A DNA stretch of 64,000 bases from Gekko japonicus (taxonomy: Eukaryota): assembly GCF_001447785.1 (NCBI RefSeq), contig NW_015167177.1:1-64000 (forward strand). The letters are read 5' to 3'. Numbering within the stretch: position 1 is the first letter of the stretch; every line of letters starts with the position of its first letter. Shown here in pieces: positions 1 to 14,525 of the stretch. The notes beneath the pieces are model-generated. The model did not search any database and had not been told where the DNA came from. It saw only the letters and a list, made by a program, of their open reading frames with translations. A program made the position numbers and the translations under genes.

Positions 1-7
1 GGTAAGT
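1..7 (+). other. FAM102B: Probable 5' splice donor ending an upstream FAM102B exon that lies outside the window
   Basis: G|GTAAGT consensus donor at 1-7. The next FAM102B exon (4759) needs two nucleotides from the upstream exon, and no intervening coding exon was found. Confidence 0.5.
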
Positions 8-734
8 GAATACAAATCTTCCATTCTTAATCATAAATCAGACTTTTGAAAAAATGTGTTTCTTTTGATGCAGTAGGGCCACTGAGGATATACTTCCCAG
101 GATCCTATAGCAAGTTTTGGCTCCCTAAGTAGTATATCTATGAGAGAGCCATGCTTGCAAACAGGGCTGGCATCAGAGGACAAGATCCAAAGTCCAAAGG
201 AGGGTTTACCATCAACCAGAGACGCTTGGCCCATCAGCTTTTCCAAGAAGTGGGAGCAAGGCCCCTGCAATATTCCAATATCTTTATTTCTGGCGGGGGA
301 GGGGGAGTCACCTGGAGGATGTGGAGCGCAGTTCACACATGAGAGAACGATGCTTCATTGCCTCTCCCAAGGCACTCCTTCCATCAAGAAATGAGAAATC
401 ATCATAGGCACTTATACAATGTCATACAAAAGAGATATTGGGGGAAAGCAGCAAGGGAACAAGCAAGAGCCATCCCTCTGTGTCTCCCAGACAACTCTCC
501 CACTAAGAAATGGCAGATTTATTACTCAAAGTCCCCTGAGAGATGAAAGGGGCTTCTGGGGCAATCTCCAGTTTCTTGGTAGGACAGGTTTTGGAGGGCA
601 TGAAGCAGCAACTCTTGGTGCACTCTTAGGACCTCCCTACTGACCCTAGGAGGAAAGCAGGTAGGGTGTGTGTTGCACACATGAATTTTAATTGAAGAAG
701 CAAATGGTGGAGGAAGGTATGGCATACTGAGCAA

Positions 735-2690
735 CAGCAGAACAGTAAAAAGCCCAGTAGCACCTTTAAGACTAACAAACTTTATTGTAGCATAGGCTTT
801 CGAGGAATAAAGCTCTCTTCATCAGATGCATGGAGGGTATGAAGAAACTGGCCAGAGATATATAGGGGGTAAGGGGGGGGGGAGGACTCAGAAAGTGCCA
901 TGTAAATGCAAAGTAGTTGCAAAAGTCATGAAAAAGGTTGAATGTACAATCCAGGCTGGAAGTGACCCCTTCCTTCTATTGATGAATCTGAATGGAATAC
1001 CTGAAAGGCAGTTACTTCTGTTAATGAGAGAACCATCCAAAGTCTCTATTCAATCCAAGTCTGACTGAGTCTGATTTATATATAAATTCCTAATTCAGCA
1101 ACCTCCCATTGGATTTTGTTTTTGAAATGTTTCTGTTGAACTATGGTAACCTTTAAGGCCCTTGATGGAATGTCCTGGTAGATTGAAGTGGCCTCCTACT
1201 GGTTTCTGGACATTGCCATTTCTGATGTCAGATTTCTATCCATTTATTCTTTTGCATAGAGGCTGGCTGGTTTGTCCTATGTACAGAGCAGAGGAGCATT
1301 GTTGGCACATGAGAACATATATCTCATTGGAGGATAAGCAGCTGTAAGAGCCAGAGATTGTGTAGTTGATACCATTGGGTCCTGTAATCGTATTTTCTGG
1401 GTAGATATGTGGGCAGATTTGGCATCTGGGTCCTTTGCAGGGTCTGGTTCCTGTGCTGGTGACTCCGTTAGATGGTTCATAGTTGTTAGTGAGAAGTCAT
1501 TTAAGGTTGGGAGGCTGCCTGTAGGCAAGGAGAGGTCTTCCACCCAGGGCTTGTGAAAGAAAGGCATCATTTTTCAGGATGGGCTGCAGAGCACTTATGA
1601 TACATTGGAGTGGTTTGAACCGGGAACTATGGGTGACAACCAATGGTGTTCTGCTGTTGGTTCTTTTTGGTTTGTCCTGGAGTAGATGTTTCTGGGTACT
1701 AGTCTGGCCCTGTCAATTTGTTTCCTCACCTCATTTGGTGGGTACTGTAGTCCCAAAAATGCTTGTTGTAAATCTGTTAAGTAAGAATCCCAATCAAGAG
1801 CATTGGAGCAGATACGATTGTAACATAAAGCTTGGCTGTAGCCAGTCGACTGAGTGGTATGTTTTGGGTGGTAGCTGGAGGCATGTAGATATGAATATTG
1901 GTCAGTGGGTTTCCAGTATAAGGTGGTCTTTATCTGTCCATCATGTAGTTGTACAGTGGTGTCTAGAAAGTGTACCTGTTGTGTAGAGTGGTCCAGGCTC
2001 ATGTTTATGGTGGGGTGAAAGTTGTTGAAGTCTTGGTGAAATCTCTAAAGGGCTTCCTTCCCATGGGTCCAAATGATGAAGATGTCATCCAAGAACCTTA
2101 AGTACAGGAATGGTTTTAGTGGATGGGAGCTGAGGAAGCGTTGCTTCAAGTCTGCCATGAATATGTTCGCATACTGTGGTGACATACATTTGCCCATGGC
2201 TATGCCATTGACCTGTAGATATAGTTATCACCAAATCTGAAGTAATTGTAAGTACAAAGTGGCAAAGTTCAGTGGCAATGTGTGCTATGGTTTTGTCTGG
2301 GATGATGTTCCTGATGGCATGCAGTCCATCTGCATGTGGGATGTTGGTGCACAGAGCCTCAACATCCATAGTTACGAGGATGGTGTTGTCGGGGAGGTTG
2401 TCAATGGACTGTATTTTCCTGAGAAAGTCAATAGTGTTTCGTAAGTAGCTGGGTGGGCTGATGGCATAGGGTCTGAGGATAGAGTCCATATATCCTGAGA
2501 CTCCTACCGTGATTGTGCCAATTCCTGAAACAATGGGAAGTTCTAGATTACCTGGTTTGTGGATTTTGGGTAGTAGGTAGAATGTTCCTGGCCATGGATC
2601 CTGGGGTGTCATATAGATACATTTTTGCATATCCATGGGGAGTGTATTTAATATTGTATTGAGTTCTCTTTTGTATTCCCCGGTACAGGC
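735..2690 (-). mobile_element. 5'-truncated, decayed Penelope-like element (RT plus GIY-YIG endonuclease)
   Basis: Minus-strand remnants: PGTFYLLPKIHKPGN..PIVSG..SYLRNTIDFL..LVTMDVEALCTNIPH (PLE RT), VHFLDT..TTLYWKPTD..YLHASSYHPKHT, and IYVLMCQQCSSALYIGQT..GHFNLPGHSI (GIY-YIG). Contains frameshifts and stops. The terminal region has AATAAA and gttagtcttaaaggtgctac. Confidence 0.92.
790..830 (-). ncRNA. Minimal type I hammerhead ribozyme motif in the PLE terminal repeat
   Basis: Minus strand reads GCAT-CTGATGA-AGAGAGctttattcCTC-GAAA-GCCTA-TGC: conserved CUGAUGA and GAAA cores, a short stem II and a minimal stem III, as known for PLE hammerheads. Confidence 0.7.
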
Positions 2691-3111
2691 AGCCACTGAA
2701 GTGCTTCTTTTCCTGGCTATGATCAAGTACTTTTACATTAGTGCAAAAACTAATTAATATTGTTGCACCCATTTTGTGGGTTCTTTGTGTTCTTGCTTCT
2801 TGTAGCATTCCGTATGTTGTTTTATGACTCATTAGCAAGTTCTCACTATTAGTGCTTATACTCTAAGTATCAATCTTAGATGTCATTCAGTCAGGCACTC
2901 TTCCCGTCTTTAAAAACAATACTGTAGTTCAGAACTTAAATCTTAAGTTTTGTTCAGCCTGAAAGCTATTCTGTAGAACTGCATGTTATTTGTTTAGTGG
3001 GGCAGCTGGATTGCGTTTGAGTTCAGTTTATCAGCATGTTATTGGACAGCACCATTATTTCCTCAGAGCTGGGGCCATAAATTCCATTTTGGTAAACAAA
3101 ATGCCCTGGTC

Positions 3112-3200
3112 TGGATGACCCAGTCTAGCCTGATTTTGTCAAATCCCAAAGATAGAAAGGGTTAGTATTTGGATGGGAGACCACCAAGGAGGTCCAGGGT
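3112..3200 (+). mobile_element. 5S rRNA-derived SINE head fragment
   Basis: gttagtatttggatgggagaccacc (5S internal promoter box C region). Similar to the copies at 20112-20218 and 52362-52560. Confidence 0.65.
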
Positions 3201-3708
3201 AGGGATAGGCATGAGCCTCATCACAAACCTAATTTCGTGACAAACATAGCTGGTTCGTGCCCATCCCTATCCAAGACCCTCCACATGGTTTTTGGAAGTT
3301 CGCTGTGAGAAGCGGGAGGGGAGGCAAGAGGGATCGCTGAAATGGCTTGCATTCATTTCAGCCTAACAGCAGGACTTGTGCACCCATCAGCTGTTAGGCT
3401 GAAATAGATGCAAGCCATTTCAGCAATCCCTTTCAGTCCTCCCCCCCCCCCCAAGCATTCTCTTTAAATGACAAGCAGTCACCCAGAAGTGGTGAACTCA
3501 CTGCTTGGACTTCAGTCATGTGTGGCGGTACTTGCAAAAGCCATTTAAAGGGAACATTCCAGCAGAAAGGAGGGAGGGAAGACCACCCTACCGCATTATG
3601 AACCTCACAAAATGCTTGTTAAACGGGGAGGTTCATTAAGGTTTGTGGTTTGTGTGACACCATAAACCGGGATGAACTTCCACTTTCCCAGTTCATGCCC
3701 ATCTGTAG
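3200..3708. mobile_element. Decayed MITE-like element with an internal long hairpin (3329-3431)
   Basis: Termini agggataggcatga ... ttcatgcccatctgta. Internal ~42-bp arms gggatcgctgaaatggcttgcat..cagcctaacagc / gctgttaggctg..atgcaagccatttcagcaatccc. Confidence 0.55.
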
Positions 3709-4654
3709 TTTATATTGAGACAAATATTAGCTGCATATCAGTGCTTGAACAGTTCAGGTGTGTAGAACTTGCACCTGTTGAGGCCCCCAAATCCCTGTTT
3801 TTCCCTGTCTGCCTTGGAGCTAGACTATAGGTAGCTGGATGTATTTGGCTTGGAAGGTCACGTCACAGGCCTGGAATAGCAACTCATCCAATATGTGATT
3901 AGTTTGTTTGAAAGATACGGGGAATAAACATGTTTTTAATTCTGCCTTGCCTTGTAAATTCACAGTGCTTAATGATTTTTCTCCTGAATTTACAATAACT
4001 ATGTAAGCCTCTTATGAGATTGCTTATATGAAAAGATAATTGGAGCAAGTTTTGTGTCATATGAAAAAAATTGTTTTCTGCTAATTAAAAATCTTTGTAA
4101 ATCATTACCAACGGTGAAAAGGCAGGGGAATATAGTTGCCAAGTTCCTTTAAAGGTTTTTTTAAAAAAATCTTTTTTATAAAGATGACAAAAATAAAATG
4201 TGAAAAAGACTGCCATTGTTAGTAGCTCCATTTGGATGAATGTGTTCTCTTAAAATGAAAGACGTTTCTTTATTTTTAAAAAAACTTAAGGTAGAAAAAA
4301 GTAGTTATTTGAGATAGTACAGAAAATGGTATTATTTAATTTCTAGTTCTGTGCATAATTAATCAACACAGTGCAGGGAGACAATGACTATAACTGACAT
4401 TTTGCAGCTAGACATTTCTTGTTTCCACCTTATATTTGAAGGTGTGACATAAAATAAAACAAGGCAATGCTAGTAAAATGTAAAATACAAAAAACATCGT
4501 CTTATAATTTGCATTTGAAGTGCAGTCTCACTAATATAACCACTCTTCTGCAAAGACTAATATATGGCCCAGTGGTCTCCTGAGACAGTTAATAAATGGA
4601 CATTTGGAAGTCATTAATTTGCAAATCTAATATGGATTTCCTAGGCATGGGTAA

Positions 4655-4879
<225 letters not shown>

Positions 4880-6471
4880 TAAATTATTGTGCTTTTTCTT
4901 AGCCATCTTGCAGATAACTGGGAATCTGGATAAATAGAACAGTTATTCTGGCTTCTCTTGCTATTGGACTGTATGGAAAGAAACAAAGGTTTTCATACTG
5001 AATCATACTTAATATTATCTAGGGAGGAAAAGGTATGAATAAGACAGATGCATTAATGTTGATTTGTACAATCAGGGGAACGTGTACCTCTTCAGAACTG
5101 GGATGATTTGATGTTTGAAGAACAGGTACTTGAAAACTGAACTCATCTTTGTTTGCAAAGACCATTCTGACATTTCCTGGGGTGAATACTTTAATATAAC
5201 TTCATCTCACCAGTCACTGCTCTAGAAGCTTCACTTTCCCATCTCTGCACTGCAGTGGGGAGACCATAAGGAAGAATGTTCTGGGATAGAATTTGACTTC
5301 GATAGTTGTGATATGAGGTAAACTTGGCAGAGAGAGAATATGGTTTTTCCTTTAAATAGTTAATTAGATAACACAACTGAGGTTATTGACAGCTCAAATT
5401 GAGATATAGGATTACCGGGTTTTATTTGTAAATGCCAAGACACCCCTTTCATAGCAGGCCATAATAATTTTGTTACAAACAAGTACTCTGTGGCCTTCTA
5501 CATTCAGTTTCAGAGGACATAGTAAAAAATTTGTTCCCTGTACAGGTCCCTATCCCTCTCTCCTGTAAAACTACATCTAACCAACCCTCATCTCCAACTG
5601 ACAACTTCCCACTGAAAACTCAACTGTCACTCCTGATTGTGCTTCCCAGACTCAGCTCTTGGAAGTTCATTGGAGCTCCAATCTCACTGGCTCCTGTGTT
5701 GCTGGGTGGTTTTTACTGTTCTGTCTCACCTGTTTTCTGTTCAGTTGAGCATCTTGTGTGTTTATATTGATGTTTAGTGTGAACAGAGTTTGTTTGCAGT
5801 CAGCCACTTCAAAAAGATTTTGCAGAGATGACAGCAAAATTAACTATATACATTCAAAATAAGCAAAGTAGTTTTGTGTCTGCACATTGGCAGTATTCAC
5901 TGTGGCAGGTGGCTGGGTAGCTGCTGTTGATACATGCTGACCATTTACTAAGTTGCTGGGACATCATATGCCACTACCCCAGCAGGATCAAGATAATCAA
6001 AGAAAGCACTCCTTTTGGAAGCTGATTTCTGTTGTTAGGATCATTGGCCAGATGGACGAGGGGGATAGCCACATGAAAACAGTACAAGAATGTGCATGTG
6101 CAAAGGATGCAGGGCCCATAAGGGTCCAAAATCACATGGCTGAAAACCCCTGTAAAAATAACTTGTAGTAGTGCCTTATATCAGCATTATGTGCATGGAG
6201 CACAGCTGCTTAGTATGGATAAGAGATGTGGTTAGCATTATCTATTCATCTAATCAAGAGAAATCTAAAAATATAGAGATCATCAACATAGTTATGCACA
6301 CCAATATTTAGAGAAATATCTGTCAGTTTTCATCAGTCCACTGTCTCCTCATATGCTTTAAGATACTAATGCTGTAGAATATTGAGTTACCCATGAAGGA
6401 GAGATTTCAATAAGCAAATACCTACATTACTGTTACTCAGTATAGGAGAGAGCATTCATCTTACGGAGTAA

Positions 6472-6624
<153 letters not shown>

Positions 6625-7137
6625 TAAATATGTTCACTAGTTCTTATGGATCTGTAAACATTGTAAAAGAAGAGGGGAAATAAAAGCTCAAACATCTTCG
6701 TTTGTGTGTGTCTCTTGAATGTATTTTAAGTGGAAACCATTTTTTAAAAAAATACAGTTCATGTGGGTTACGAGAATAGTGGGTAGGGATGGCTTTCCTT
6801 TCTTTAATAGTATCTTGGGTCATAGAATTTAAGCAGGTGACACTCTTCCCACCACATCTCCATGATGGGAACAAATTAATATCCTGAATTTCTGGGTGTC
6901 AGACTGCTATTAAAGGCCATAGGGGCAGGGTTTGGTTTAAAAAAGTAGCAACTGAACATAAGGGGAGTGTAAACCAGAAAATGAAATAAGACATTACATT
7001 TCATGAGTGGGTACTGCAAGCATGTAGAAGAGCAGATGTTAAGGTTAGCCAATGCTGCTGAGTCATCACAAGCATGAAAGGTGTGGTGAGTCATTGGTAG
7101 CTGAGATGAGATCACTAAATGGATGCTAGCTATTTAG

Positions 7138-7479
<342 letters not shown>

Positions 7480-7504
7480 TAATGCTGTAATGATTACAGT
7501 GTAA

Positions 7505-7660
<156 letters not shown>

Positions 7661-7744
7661 TAATATGCAAATAAATTATAACTATAAGTAAATGCTAAAA
7701 GATATACATAAGGACCAAAAGAAATCCTAATTTTACAAATATTC

Positions 7745-8432
7745 TGATGGTGGGAACTGACCAAGAAAAAAAGCACATTCCATGCTAGGGATCAGCAGGA
7801 AAGGGGATTGAGAATTAATTAAATGGCATCTTACAAGTCCTGTATTCCAAGTCCTGGTGTGGCCATTTTTGGCATACTGTTTACAGTTTTGGTAACCACC
7901 TTTAAAAAGGACATTGAAGAGCTGGAGAAAAGTGCAGAAAAGGGCAACCAAAATTATTATGGGGAGCACCTTCCCGTGAGGCAAAGCATTTGGGGCATTT
8001 TAGTTTTTAAAAAGGCAACTGATAGGTGACATGACAAAAATCTACACAATTGTGAATGGTATTTGGATAGACACTTTTTCCTGTCCTATAACACTAGAAT
8101 TTAGTCACCCTATGAAACAGGTTGGCGGTAGATTCAAGACATACAAAAGGAAGTACTACTTCAGTCAGTGAGCAGTTAGCTTGTGAAACTCAGTGCCCCA
8201 AGATGTGGGTAGGTCTATCATTGACTATCAGCCACACCAGCTGAATACAACTTGTGGATTAGGAGGCAGAATGCCTTTGAGTGTCAGAGACTGGGGATCA
8301 GTCAACAGGTGAGGGCAGTTGCTAGCAGGTCCTGCTCTTGGGATTCCCTATGGCACCTGACTGGCCACTCTGGGAACAGAATGCTGGAATTAACCATTGC
8401 AGGATCCAGCAGGGCTCCTCTTATGTTCTTAA
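7745..8432 (+). mobile_element. CR1 LINE 3' fragment
   Basis: Decayed end of CR1 ORF2 (..FKKDIEELEK..) and a 3' end gctcctcttatgttctta, shared with the CR1 ending at 39880. Confidence 0.8.
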
Positions 8433-8597
8433 AATTGGTGACAGGTTCTTAGTGGATGGCTACAAGCTTCTACCTTCCTAACTGTGCAGTCTGAACCCCC
8501 GTAACATTCCTAAAACTACAAAGTAGGAAATCACTGGGTGCCTAATACATGTTAAGCAGTCCAGAAATAATGAAAAGCTCAAACTGTGTAGGAAATG

Positions 8598-9519
<922 letters not shown>

Positions 9520-10171
9520 TAACAGTACTTAGGGAAGATAATATCAAAGTATGTCTGTGACACATAAGCACTGGTGGGGGGGAGACCTGAGAGTATGCTG
9601 CAATGCCTAAAAACTTCCAAGGTGCCTCTCTAGGCCCCACTGCCATGCTGCTGTAATACTCACCAATGGTCTTAATTTTAGGTTTGCTTGCTCTGCTCCA
9701 TTTCATTGGTTAAGAAAACTCAAAGCACTGTGATGTCACCTCTGCATTCCTCTCCATTCTTGCATCCCCTTCTGACCCCCAGAAAGATCATTATTGAGAT
9801 TGCAAGATCCATGCAGAGGAACAGCTGTGCAGGTCAATGGGCTGGAGGGAGGAAGGACAAAGGGATACAATTGACCTCTTCTCAGCTGAGCAGAATACTT
9901 GGAAAAGGCAGGAGGAGCAATTTCATCCCCTTGTTCTTCACTCCAGCTCCCCCACCCATACAGCCATCGGCCCTGCAGCTATGGGAATTATTTTTTCTGG
10001 GCTCAGAGGGCTGCAAGAACAGAGAAAAATGTAAGAATACTTCACATTTTAGGCACAGAACAGCAAGGTCCCATGCTTTTGTCTTGTAAAATTTAGTCCT
10101 GCCGTATGCATTAAAATACTGTTCCAGGCTGTGCTGCTGTCTAGTAACAGCTTTTTTTGTTGATCTTTCAG

Positions 10172-10214
10172 AGTGGGATCTGGAGCATATGAACAAGTAG
10201 TGATTAAACGCTAG
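10172..10214 (+). CDS. FAM102B: FAM102B terminal coding exon
   Basis: ctttcag| acceptor. Encodes (R)VGSGAYEQVVIKR followed by TAG, matching the recalled human C-terminus. Confidence 0.95.
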
Positions 10215-12810
10215 AAGAACTAGACTAAAATGACACAGTAATCTTTGGAGTTGCAGAACTTGCATAACTCCAAATACTGTCCAAGATGGGCTCTTCTGAA
10301 GTGCTGGTTTGCAGTTGCCTGGATTGTCCATTTGAGTTTGTCATATGGAAAATGCCCTCTTCTGTATCTGCAGAGGCAGTTTTCTTCTTTTGATATTTTG
10401 TGAACAATGTGTTACCTGATGTTGGTGGATTTATTGCATTGTTCTGTAAGTGTTCAGATTTCCCTTTTTGAAAATGAGATAAATGGTGTCTAACTGAACA
10501 TAATATGTTGAAGTTACTTGTTAGTATGTATGGAAATGCATTCAACAACATGCTGTATTTGCTACTTGGCTTTTTTTTTTTAAAGCATGAAAAGTAAATC
10601 TTGGTCACAAGTCATCTATTTCAGCCTCCCCCCTCCCCCCACAATAATCTTACCTTTTTAGTATCGGCTGATTGTTTCTGTCTGATGGAACAGAATTAAT
10701 GTAAAATGGGAATTTCTGGTTCAAGGATATCCCTGCCAGCTGAGCTTTTAGGAAATAAGATTTAATACTATTACAACTGAGCATAACTTTAAGGCCAAAT
10801 TGCATGGGAGAAGGACTACTCTGTTATTTTAAAGGCTTGGTTCTGAGTATGTTTAATAAGATATATGCATGCACTGATTGCTGGTTACAGTAAAACATTC
10901 AGTGCTAACAAAGAGGCTTTGTGTCCCAAAACAAACTACATCTTTAGGTGTTCACTGAGAACATTGACCTCATTGGGTATTCTGCGGTGAACATCTGGGA
11001 GCATGTAGTAGTATGATGTTTAGCTCATGGAGTATTAAAAAATAACAATTGAAAGAGTGCCTTGTTGGGTGGGGGGGACAGAATACCAAACAAACAGTGA
11101 ACAACTGAAAACTACTTCCACTAATCAAGAAAAGCACTTTAAGCAGCAATTTTCTTCATCCAATCTGAAAATCAAACTTTCCCCCCTTGATTAGAGGATT
11201 GATGACTTGGGCCCAGTATGCAGCCACAGGCATATAATTTACTTGTGAAGTTTCTCCCCCCAGTTTGCATCACATTTAAAAGGTGTTTGCCTTATTCAGG
11301 GCTGTACATGTGCACTGATGTTTATCACAGCCCTCAACTCTGTGCACATAAAGGCCAGGCCAGCACATGGAGCAAGTTATCTCTTAAATGTAGGGGGGAG
11401 CTTTGCGGCTTACTGCTGGGTCACATTGAAAGATGATTTCCTTTAGGTCTCCTGTTTTACTGAGCTGTACTTGAACAGTCTTTGTTGATAGCAGTGGAAC
11501 TCGTGTTGTGAAAGGTCCTGGTGGATTTGTGAGTGACCAGTATTGCAAAGATTTGCACAAGTGAAATAGTGCAGTGTATCTCTGCATCTATTTAGAATTT
11601 AGATTTTTTTTCTCCCAACAAATTTACTGACAGCTTTAACCTGTATTATTTTTTGTGAAGGGATTTGTAAGGCAAAAGACCACCAACAACTTAGGAGAAT
11701 CATCAGCTGTTAGTAATTTAGCTTTGATGTCACTGTGGTTGGTTACTGGAACTGATCCATAGGTTTCAAAACAATATGGCTTATGAGAAATTAAACTATG
11801 CTAATTTTTACTTACAGTGAATATGGAACATCTAATATTTTTACTGGTTTCGTGGAATCAGGCAATGTTCCATTTCTTTTTGAAGAAATATAGGATAAAA
11901 ATGAAGAAAATGTTTTATGTTTGTGACTTAGTTTTATAAATGTACTGCATATTGATGAACTCCATTTTTATTTAAATTGTACATGTGAACTGTTAAAATC
12001 AGAACCATTTCTTTATTATGGTACCCACAAATAACTTACTGCTGTATAAAGCATTTTATTAAGTTTGAAATGTTCTGAGTTTCAGTACAAGAGATTTCAT
12101 TTTTAGATTCTGTTAAAATAATGTAGAAGGAATACACAAGATTCATTTTGAAATGTAAATTGTTCTGGGCAAAACTGAGCTTGCCTTTAGTGTGTAACTT
12201 TCTAAAAAATCAATAAGGATAATGTTTCCGAGGAATATTGCAAGTTTCTAAAAAATGTCAATACTGGACAACTGATTTAGGGAGACAAGTTGCCATGAGG
12301 AGACAAAAACTAAACTGATTTATTCAGTATAAGGAATGGCCATGGTACTTGTAAAGGGAAGAGTCTATGACCTCTAATGTTTTAATATGATCAGCTATCT
12401 GATCATTTATGATTATTATTTATGGATTCTGCATTCAAATACAATGTTGGTCATTTCCTGTGACAATACACACATTGCCTGATAGCTGAGTCTGTAGGAA
12501 GACAATTGTCGTCTTGTACCCATCACATTATTGTTAGATTTTTTTAAAGTCCACATGGAAGTTCAAACAGCTAGTGGGATGTTTGAACAATTATCATGCA
12601 CTTTTGTCAATCGAACCAATTTTATGAAGTGATTCCATTTGTGTCTCTATGACATGGAAAATGACCTTCGTATTTGTATATGGCATTTATTTTGTGTAAA
12701 CTGTACAATATCCACAATTGCTAACCCTTTAAGTCAATTTTTTACCATAATTCTCTTGGTGTAAAGCTCTTAAAACTCAATAAAAATCTTTGACCTACAA
12801 GTTGCGTGTG
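10215..12810 (+). other. FAM102B: FAM102B 3'UTR with probable poly(A) signal AATAAA at 12779-12784
   Basis: AT-rich stretch with no recognised repeats after the stop codon. Several TGTA elements precede the AATAAA and a GT-rich tract follows it. Confidence 0.6.
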
Positions 12811-13468
12811 CTACTTTTCCAAATCTGTAAGCAAAATTCTTCCGGCTGTACAAATGGTAGTTTGTTGTCCTTTCTAAAATCATTGACCCCGCAGTTGCAG
12901 TATTTTCTCCATTTCTCTCTTCCAAATAACAAGAATAGCATGAAGAAGCTAAGGAGTGACAGTTTAGGTAGCTTCCCATTTTCAGTTGGGGGAGGGGGGG
13001 TTGAAAAGTTATAAAGCCCCAAGACAGTGTAGCTCTATTCTTTCGGCCTAATGCTTTTGAAATAAGTATGCCATTGGGGTTACAGAATTAAATCAGATGG
13101 TGACTTCTCATGCTCAGCTAGGAACAGCCTGTGTTTTTTTTAAAATCTGTTTCTATCAGCCAAACACAAAAGTAGCACATTTGTGGTAAAACCTGTATAT
13201 TGGCATTGCCCGCCTTTTGCCTTTAATTGATGGCCAGCAAAACAGGTATGATACCAGTCTGTGTAGCCACCAAAATACTTAACTTGTTCCTGATCTCTGA
13301 AAATTGTCTAAACACTTTAGTTGCCTTCTTTCATCTATACTGGAATCATTATATAATTTAGTCTGATTTGAATGCTAAAGAAATTGAGTATAAAACTGTC
13401 CTGTATGATTTACATTGGACCCTGAAGTTTGGTCATCTTTGTTGCCTTCAGATTAGTTTATTTGAATG

Positions 13469-13700
13469 TTACTTGTCATGCTCCATCACTCTGACGCCTC
13501 TCATATTTTTATACAGCTTTCTGTGAATTTTTATAACAGTATATTTTATTTTGGAGGGTTACCAATAGAACACTATATGTTTATATATTACTTGTCATGC
13601 TCCATCACTGACGCCTCTCATATTTTTATACAGCTGTCTGTGAATTTTTATAACAGTGTATTTTATTTTCGAGGGTTACCAATAGAACACTATATGTTTA
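13469..13700 (+). repeat. Tandem duplication, 2 x ~119 bp
   Basis: ttacttgtcatgctccatcact...aatagaacactatatgttta starts at 13469 and at 13588. The copies differ by a 2-bp indel and 3 substitutions. Confidence 0.95.
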
Positions 13701-13933
13701 AATGTTTTAATCCTCCTTATCCTACCTTACCACAACTCAGAAAAGTTAATTTCTGAAAGTTATTATGTGAGTTAGAACGACTCCATCTGCTACATCCCTA
13801 AATTTCAGCATCTCTATTAATCTTACTCTTTATTTTATGCAGCTATGGAATGTTGTCGTATTCAAAGGCAAGCCTGATGTTTACTGGACACAAGCCTCTG
13901 GAATCCACACGCAGTTATAATCAAGTAAACAAA

Positions 13934-14525
13934 TGTCACATTGAGGGCAGAGCCTGATGCTTTTTACTCTGCCCAGGGTTTCCAGGCGACACAAATGCAA
14001 ACACAAAAATTCAAGGCAAGAAATAAGAGCAAGGTCAACAAGCCAGCACAGAGTCAGAAAGCTGAAGGTTCTGTCCACAGGTCTGGGGAAACAGGGAAGT
14101 CGGGGGTTCAGGGTCAAAGCTTGGGATTCAAGGCAGAAGACTGTGTTTGGGTTCCTAACTGAAAAACAAACACAAGTTAGCTGAACAAGTTTCAATGCAG
14201 AAGTCTTTTTGCTGAGCAATCAGCTCACAGAGGAATGGCAAGCAGAGTTGCTTCCACACGCTGAGCCTTGGACAGCATCTTCCTTTTATCAGCCTATTAG
14301 ATGACTCAGCCCTGAAGCACAGGTGTCACTTCTCACTGACTTGTGACTCCTGCTCTGCTTCAGAAACTAGTGCTGACCGCTGTTGAGCAATTAGCCACGC
14401 ATTCCTCCATCTCTCATGAGCTGTGAAACATACCCAATGTTGCCTATGCTCAGCTGGTACAGGAGATACTGACTTTTGTCTTCTTTCTTTCATTTCCAGT
14501 TCGAATGAGTAACCCTGAACTATAC
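13934..14525 (-). mobile_element. Possible solo-LTR-like element
   Basis: TGTCA start, short degenerate subrepeats and ccttttatc (TATA-like on the minus strand). Layout resembles 34306-34984. Ends uncertain. Confidence 0.3.
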
